Below, one piece after another: positions 58,357 to 64,000 of a stretch of 64,000 nucleotides of DNA (its first letter is position 1; every line of letters starts with the position of its first letter). The position numbers were made by a program, and so were the translations under genes. Below the pieces are notes generated by a model. It searched no databases, had not been told where the DNA came from, and worked only from the letters and a program-made list of their open reading frames with translations. The stretch is from an uncultured Acidobacteriota bacterium (GTDB lineage Bacteria; Acidobacteriota; UBA6911): contig CAWEJX010000020.1 in the NCBI GenBank assembly GCA_963809485.1, positions 768,001 through 832,000 on the forward strand, in the 5' to 3' direction.

Positions 58357-59922
58357 GTGCAAATAGGCTCTGGATCCAAATGGCCGAATCCGGATGAGTT
58401 ACGGAAGGATATGGAAGAATTCTTTTCAAAAAAATATGGCAATAGCGTCAAACTGGGAGTCTTGGGTGCGGAACCGGATCAGGCCCGCACGGCCGACGAA
58501 GGCACTGAGACCAACAATGCCCCCCTGGATATTCATTTCGATTATCTTCCCCGGGACATCAAAAAATATCTCGACCGCTTTGTCGTAAAACAGGACGCCG
58601 CCAAAAAAGTGCTAGCCACAACAATCTGCGACCACTATAACCATATAAAGCGCTGCTCGGTCAAAGGCCCCTGCAAGGAATATTCCAAGCAAAACATCAT
58701 AATGCTGGGCCCGACAGGAGTGGGCAAAACCTATCTTGTGCGGACCATTGCAGATCTGATCGGTGTCCCGTTTGTGAAAGCCGACGCGACAAAGTTCTCC
58801 GAAACCGGCTATGTCGGCGGAGACGTTGAGGATCTGGTTCGCGAGCTGGTTCACAAAGCAGACGGCAACATTCGCCTTGCAGAATACGGCATTATTTATC
58901 TGGATGAGATCGACAAGATCGCCACACCCGCCAATATCCTGGGAAGAGATGTCAGCGGAGGGGGGGTTCAACGCGGGCTCCTGAAGCTCATGGAAGAAAC
59001 AGAAGTAAGCCTCCGCACACCCTTCGATCTGACTTCGCAGCTTCAGGCCGCAATGGAATTTCAATCCAAAGGAAAAGTCGCGCGTTCGGTAATAAATACG
59101 CGGCATATCCTGTTCATCGTCAGCGGGGCGTTCAACGGGCTCGCGGAAATCATCCGCAAACGCGTGGGGGCAAAGTCGATAGGATTTAATTCACGCGGCC
59201 GATCTGCACCCAAAGATGAGGATTATTTTGAGCTCTCCAAGAGCAATGACTTCATCGAATACGGCTTCGAGTCCGAATTCGTGGGCCGCCTGCCCGTGGT
59301 CGTCAGCTGCAAGGAATTGAGTGTCGACGACCTGTTCCAGATCCTCAAGAATTCCGAGGGATCGATCATGAATCAGTATGTCAACGCCTTCGATTCCTAC
59401 GGCATTGAGATGATCCCGACGGATCCGGGACTCTACCGGATCGCCCAGAAGGCCTACGAAGACCATACGGGCGCTCGAAGCCTTGTGGGCGTCTGCGAGC
59501 GCACCTTCCGGGAATACAAATACAACCTTCCGCACTCATCCGTAAAACATCTCGAACTGACAGCCAGAATGGTCGACCAACCCGACGACGTGCTGGGAGA
59601 GATTCTGGAATCTGCAAAAGCCGACCAACTGGTTGAAATGGACCTTGCGTTCGACCGGATCGCGGATGAATGGTCCAAACGAAACGGGATCCAGATCCGT
59701 CTCCACCCCGAGGCCGCGCGGCTGCTAAGCCAAAAGGCCCTTGAAAGCGGCGACAAGCTGGAAGATGTGTTCGCGGAAATTCTGAAAGATTACGAGCATG
59801 GGCTAAACCTGATACGCAGGACACAAGGCGTCCAGCAGTTTGAGATTACGCCGGAGGTAGTCCGGGATCCCAGATCTACTCTCGATCAGTGGATCCGGAC
59901 ATACTACGTCAATCGCAATTAG
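58357..59922 (+). CDS. ClpX-like AAA+ ATPase lacking the N-terminal zinc-binding domain
   Basis: GPTGVGKT, DATKFSETGYVGGDVE, YLDEIDKI, RDVSGGGVQ, IGF loop, GRLP, TGARSL; GGAGG RBS with GTG start. Confidence 0.9.
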   Translation: MQIGSGSKWPNPDELRKDMEEFFSKKYGNSVKLGVLGAEPDQARTADEGTETNNAPLDIHFDYLPRDIKKYLDRFVVKQDAAKKVLATTICDHYNHIKRCSVKGPCKEYSKQNIIMLGPTGVGKTYLVRTIADLIGVPFVKADATKFSETGYVGGDVEDLVRELVHKADGNIRLAEYGIIYLDEIDKIATPANILGRDVSGGGVQRGLLKLMEETEVSLRTPFDLTSQLQAAMEFQSKGKVARSVINTRHILFIVSGAFNGLAEIIRKRVGAKSIGFNSRGRSAPKDEDYFELSKSNDFIEYGFESEFVGRLPVVVSCKELSVDDLFQILKNSEGSIMNQYVNAFDSYGIEMIPTDPGLYRIAQKAYEDHTGARSLVGVCERTFREYKYNLPHSSVKHLELTARMVDQPDDVLGEILESAKADQLVEMDLAFDRIADEWSKRNGIQIRLHPEAARLLSQKALESGDKLEDVFAEILKDYEHGLNLIRRTQGVQQFEITPEVVRDPRSTLDQWIRTYYVNRN

Positions 59923-60056
59923 GGATTAGGGATTAGGGATTAGGACCAATTCATCACTTTTGATTAGGCCGCCAAAGGCGAGTCAAGAGAATCTGATTTT
60001 CCAGTCAGTGACAACTATCAAGTTATTCTAATCCCTAATCACTAATCCCTAATCAC
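59920..60056. repeat. Inverted pair of (TTAGGGA)n / (TAATCMC)n heptamer arrays between convergent genes
   Basis: TAGGGATTAGGGATTAGGGATTAGG ... CTAATCCCTAATCACTAATCCCTAATCAC. Confidence 0.8.
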
Positions 60057-61007
60057 TGCTAAACGGCCCTGGTAGGCGTTTCGCTCCTGTAGACGCTGCA
60101 CGATGAGGCGGCGTATTTCCGCTTTGCTTTTCCCCCAGACCGGCGCGATCAACTGCTCCTCGGGAGCAAATCCAAAAAGCCGCTCGATAAAAATGTCCGG
60201 GCTCAAGCGCTCGAGAAAGTCGACAACCAGTTCCACGTATTCCGCCAATCCCGGAAGCGGGAATGGACGGACCCGGTATTCATCCGCCATAGCGCTGCCA
60301 CGCACGACATGAAGATGGTGCAGCTTTAAAAAATTCAGCCCCCTATCCGATAAAACCGAAGCCGTTTCCAGCATCTCTGCGCGGCTTTCCCACGGAAATC
60401 CCAATATGACATGCGCACACAGCCAGATGCCTCGGTTGCGGCTGCGATTCATCGCATCCAGCCAGCACTGGAAATCGTGCCCCCGGTTGATGCGCTGCAG
60501 CGTCCTGTCGTGCATCGATTCCAGCCCATACTCGAGCGTTACAAAATAGTCCCGCGCGAGCCTTTCCAGCCAGGCCAGCTTGCCTTCGTCGACGCAATCC
60601 GGCCTGGTTCCCAGCGACAGGCCCACGACATCCGGATGAGAAATGGCCGCTTCGTAGAGAGGAATAAGAGATTCAAGAGGAGCGTGTGTATTTGTGAATG
60701 GCTGGAAATAGACGACGAATTTCGCCGCACCGTACCGGTTCTTGAGATAGCGGATTCCTTCGGCAACCTGCTCGGAAACCGGTTTGAAGCTGCTGGCTGT
60801 TTTCGGGCGGAATGAATCGTTATTGCAATAGGTGCATCCTCCCACCGCCAGCGTGCCGTCGCGATTCGGGCAGGAAAATCCCCCGTCGACGCTGACTTTG
60901 AACACGCGGCAACCGAACTTCTCTTTCAGGAAGCCGCCGTATGCGTTATACAGGTGATTTTCGACTTGAGACTGGGGACTCGAGATTCGAGATCGGGAAT
61001 TCGACAT
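60042..61007 (-). CDS. Radical SAM protein, TIGR01212/YhcC family
   Basis: DGGFSCPNRDG...GCTYC, YFQPFTNT, GTRPDC, KLHHLH. Confidence 0.93.
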   Translation of the reverse strand: MSNSRSRISSPQSQVENHLYNAYGGFLKEKFGCRVFKVSVDGGFSCPNRDGTLAVGGCTYCNNDSFRPKTASSFKPVSEQVAEGIRYLKNRYGAAKFVVYFQPFTNTHAPLESLIPLYEAAISHPDVVGLSLGTRPDCVDEGKLAWLERLARDYFVTLEYGLESMHDRTLQRINRGHDFQCWLDAMNRSRNRGIWLCAHVILGFPWESRAEMLETASVLSDRGLNFLKLHHLHVVRGSAMADEYRVRPFPLPGLAEYVELVVDFLERLSPDIFIERLFGFAPEEQLIAPVWGKSKAEIRRLIVQRLQERNAYQGRLAVIRD

Positions 61008-61071
61008 CGCAGACAAAATATAGCAATTCCGGGATTGAGATCATAGCCACGACCTGCAATTTCGGCTCTCA

Positions 61072-61474
61072 AGTCAGGGACCTCCGGTAAAGCCGGAGGC
61101 TTGAAAGATTTGAACCGCTCAAAGCGGTTGGACTAGTTACGCCGGTCTTGAACGCTGACTTACGCGGGCAAAAGCCGATGAGGCGCTTCCGATCCCCGCA
61201 GGGGCCAGCGCTCCGCGCTGAACAGTTTTCTGCGGCGGCACTGTGGCAAGCGCCGTGCGGCAAGGAGATGAAGGGTATGAGAAACCGGGCGTTTGCCACA
61301 GTGCCGCCGCAGAAAACTCCATCGGAAGCGCCTCATCGGCTTTTGCTCACCGACCCTCGCCGAACAAATCGGCGTTTGTCAGCGCTTTTATCAGCGTTTC
61401 TCAGCGTTTCAAAATACGGAGCTGTCAAACTCTTTGAGTCCCCCGGCAGAGCCGGGGGTTTACCAATGTAATTA
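61072..61474. mobile_element. Palindromic element copy 7 (full length)
   Basis: Inverted repeats 61168-61193/61321-61346 and 61224-61254/61288-61318; both terminal hairpins present. Confidence 0.85.
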
Positions 61475-61602
61475 TTGGGCTAAAGCCTTATAGGCGGACT
61501 TGCGGGACTTTGTGCCGTGTGGCGGAAGTAAAATCGGATTTCGCAGGAATGAGCTTTCATCTGTCTGCAAATCCGTTATCCGACATAGAGGATCTGAGAA
61601 TC

Positions 61603-63039
61603 CTACGGCTTGCGCTGCTTGAGAGCCGAGCGCAGTTTATCGGCAAGCGTCCCGAAGCCCTCAGCGGAAGACGGCTGACTTTCCGTCCACTCGCGCATCT
61701 CTTCAACCTCGCGCGCTTCCATCACCGCCCTTGCACTCAGGCGAATACGCCGTCCCGACGGATCTACTTCGAGCACGATGACCTCCACATCCGCCCCGAC
61801 AGGAAAGGCTCGCTGGATTTCGCTCTCCTTCGCCACGCCCGTTTCGCTTAGCGGGATGAGGCCCGTGCGACCGGGAGCCAGGAAGACAAACACGCCGAAT
61901 TTCTCATGCCGTTCGACCTTTCCAGTCAACCGCGCCCCGGGAGCGATGCCGGCTCGGATTCCTGCAGTTGCCTTGGCCGGCGCTGAGCCTTCCCCGATCA
62001 GGGCCACGCCGATCCGTTTCTGCTCGAGGTCGACGGATAGTATCTCAAATATACCCGTCATCCCGGGAACAACCTGGCTCGACCAGCCCCCTGATCCGGT
62101 GGGCGCGAATGTGGAAGCGTGGGCCAGCGCCTCGATTCCCGGAGCGAGTTCTACGAAGGCGCCGAACTCCGCAACACGCGTAATCCGGGCGGGCAGAGTC
62201 TGACCTGCCGTGTACATTTCTCCTGCTTTCGACCAGGGATCGGCGGACAGCTGCTTCAACCCGAGGGAGATCTTCTTCTTGTCCTCGTCCACGCGCAGAA
62301 CCTTGACGGTAATTTCCTCACCCGGCTTGACTATCTCCGAAGGGCTCGATACGCGAGACCATGACATTTCCGATACGTGCAGCAGACCCTGAATGCCTGC
62401 TCCCAGATCGACGAAGGCTCCGTAGTCGCGGACGGAAACGACGCGGCCGGGCAGGACAGCATCGGGAACGATCCTTTCGCGGACATCGGCCTCTTTTGCC
62501 TGCTGTTCCTCCTCGAGAAGCGCCCGCCTTGAGACAACGATGTTCGAGCCCCCATCCCTATACTCGATAATCCGGAATTGGTAGACATTCCCTTCGTGTG
62601 CCGAAGTGTCCGCCCCGCGGACAGCGATATGGGAAATCGGGCAGAACGCCCGACGACGCCCAAGCCGCACCTCGTAGCCACCCTTGACCGCCCGCTCAAC
62701 CTTGCCCTCCACCGGCAGGCCGCTGTGAAAAGCGTCCTCGAACTGCCGATCGTTCGCAGCAGCTCCCGCCAATCTTTGTGAGAGCGTCACACCGCCGGTC
62801 GTAGAAACCACCATCGCCTGAATGGAATCGCCAACAGCGACCTCGATCTGGCCTTCGGCGTTCTTCAGTTCATCGACATTGAGAACAGCCTCGCCCTTGC
62901 CTCCGACGTCGACCAAGGCTACCTCCTGGCCGATGGCAACGATCTTGCCCTCAACTATTTCACCCTTTTCGAGCTGCCTGGTTTGAAGCGATGCCTCGAA
63001 CATTGAGGCAAAGTCTTCTTCCTCCAGATCATCCACCAT
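61603..63039 (-). CDS. S1 RNA-binding multi-domain protein (ribosomal protein S1-like)
   Basis: Repeated S1 motifs (YGAFVDLG...GLLHVSEMSW; FGAFVELAPG; FGVFVFLAPG), C-terminal FGTLADKL; GGAGG RBS. Confidence 0.9.
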   Translation of the reverse strand: MVDDLEEEDFASMFEASLQTRQLEKGEIVEGKIVAIGQEVALVDVGGKGEAVLNVDELKNAEGQIEVAVGDSIQAMVVSTTGGVTLSQRLAGAAANDRQFEDAFHSGLPVEGKVERAVKGGYEVRLGRRRAFCPISHIAVRGADTSAHEGNVYQFRIIEYRDGGSNIVVSRRALLEEEQQAKEADVRERIVPDAVLPGRVVSVRDYGAFVDLGAGIQGLLHVSEMSWSRVSSPSEIVKPGEEITVKVLRVDEDKKKISLGLKQLSADPWSKAGEMYTAGQTLPARITRVAEFGAFVELAPGIEALAHASTFAPTGSGGWSSQVVPGMTGIFEILSVDLEQKRIGVALIGEGSAPAKATAGIRAGIAPGARLTGKVERHEKFGVFVFLAPGRTGLIPLSETGVAKESEIQRAFPVGADVEVIVLEVDPSGRRIRLSARAVMEAREVEEMREWTESQPSSAEGFGTLADKLRSALKQRKP

Positions 63040-63181
63040 ACGTTCCTCCGACCATCGGTTTTTGCCCGCCGGCAGTCCCGCGTCGGCGCATCAGCGAACC
63101 GAAGAGCACTGATTGTACCAACCGGATCCAGCCATAGGAAGATGCACGCGGACGGAATTATAAAAAAACCAAAGAATAGGG

Positions 63182-63210
63182 TTGACCGGAGCCGTCCGGA
63201 TCCGTAGAAT
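63182..63210 (+). promoter_or_regulatory. Sigma70-type promoter
   Basis: TTGACC-N17-TAGAAT upstream of the small ORF at 63258. Confidence 0.6.
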
Positions 63211-63257
63211 TCACAGTTTTTATGTCCAGGCACTCATAGAAAAGGAGGAAGCTTTTA

Positions 63258-63437
63258 ATGGCGGAAAAAATCTCCAAAACGGCGCGAGCGAGTCTTCTCG
63301 ATAAGGGAGAAACGCACGCGCATGCATGCCCGCAGTGCGGCACCTCGATGGTGGCCACCAAGGTCATCAAATATCGGGATATGCCGGGCGGGATGTACTG
63401 GATCTGCCCTAAAGACGATCAGCGCATTAAGATCTAA
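63258..63437 (+). CDS. 59-aa zinc-ribbon-like small protein
   Basis: AAAGGAGG RBS; MAEKISKTARASLLDKGETHAHACPQCGTSMVATKVIKYRDMPGGMYWICPKDDQRIKI; shorter than any ORF in the track. Confidence 0.75.
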   Translation: MAEKISKTARASLLDKGETHAHACPQCGTSMVATKVIKYRDMPGGMYWICPKDDQRIKI

Positions 63438-63503
63438 CTGTGTACCGCGGACGGATTTTCCCGAATCCGTCCGCTTCCATTCCGCTTCGCGACCGCAGCA
63501 TTT

Positions 63504-64000
63504 TCAATCGCCATTTTCGATGCTCGAGTCCCGAATCATAGATATCGCCTCGCCTGTCCGCGCCAGCAGCAGGAATGCAGAGCTGACTTTTACGGATAGA
63601 GCGCTCAAAGCTTCCAGGTATTCCCGGATCTGACGGGCATACTTCTCTCGAAAATAGCTCCCGGCATCCGCGCCATCGCTCCGAACCCAGTCGGTCTTGT
63701 AATCCACGAGCACCCATCCACCCGTTTCCCTGAAAAGCAGGTCGATTTTCCCTTCCTCAATCCCGGAAGGGCTTAATGGACGCACGAATGGAGCCTCCCG
63801 CAAAACCTGCCACCCTGAACGGATAGCGATGCATGCCCGTTCCATCAACGCGGATGACAGTGTTGTGCGCATCATGAACTCCAGATCCCGAACACCCGCC
63901 GGATCCAGATTATGCCGAACGCCCGTGGCCTCGGCGAATTCGGCCAGGCCATCCGGGCTCAGCAGATTTACCCGTTCCATGGCTTCGTGAAACGCCACAC
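63504..64000 (-). CDS. C-terminal PD-(D/E)XK nuclease domain of an AddA/UvrD-like helicase-nuclease (partial)
   Basis: AFHEAME, REAPF, EGKIDLLF, LVDYKTD, YARQIREY. Confidence 0.85.
   Translation of the reverse strand, partial: VAFHEAMERVNLLSPDGLAEFAEATGVRHNLDPAGVRDLEFMMRTTLSSALMERACIAIRSGWQVLREAPFVRPLSPSGIEEGKIDLLFRETGGWVLVDYKTDWVRSDGADAGSYFREKYARQIREYLEALSALSVKVSSAFLLLARTGEAISMIRDSSIENGD

Noticed and set aside
59920-59944. Telomere-like TTAGGG repeat suggesting eukaryotic contamination
   Set aside because: The unit is the 7-mer TTAGGGA, short, has an inverted partner and overlaps bacterial stop codons

Overview
A roughly 55%-GC bacterial chromosome segment, most likely from an anaerobic or facultative member of Acidobacteriota (inferred from the Acidobacteria-type VWA, TonB and small secreted protein families). 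A housekeeping backbone (mdh, maeB-like, tRNA-Ser(GCT), gltX, pdxJ, rsmI, gatCA, ribF, queF, hppA, spmAB, ldcA, ClpX-like, S1 protein, AddA/UvrD C-terminus) alternates with accessory anaerobic-metabolism genes (Tat-linked aldehyde:ferredoxin oxidoreductase, nitroreductase, QueG-like Fe-S protein, SDR, four members of one cupin-like family). Main observations: (1) a ~400-bp non-coding element present in 8 same-orientation copies, with IS200/IS605-like hairpin ends around a nested, covarying stem-loop core; (2) a crotonase gene with an in-frame UGA followed by a bacterial SECIS-like hairpin and lacking both catalytic glutamates (candidate selenoprotein), inside a decayed tRNA-Ser island; (3) a divergent locus in which a second MDH copy and the malic enzyme both lack canonical catalytic residues, followed by a nucleotidyltransferase; (4) a split versus fused 'degenerate + intact' cupin architecture; (5) a divergent RelA/SpoT-like synthetase; (6) twin back-to-back ECF promoters; (7) heptamer tandem repeats arranged as inverted pairs that invade gene ends. 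All calls come from reading the sequence and recalled family motifs; no searches were run.
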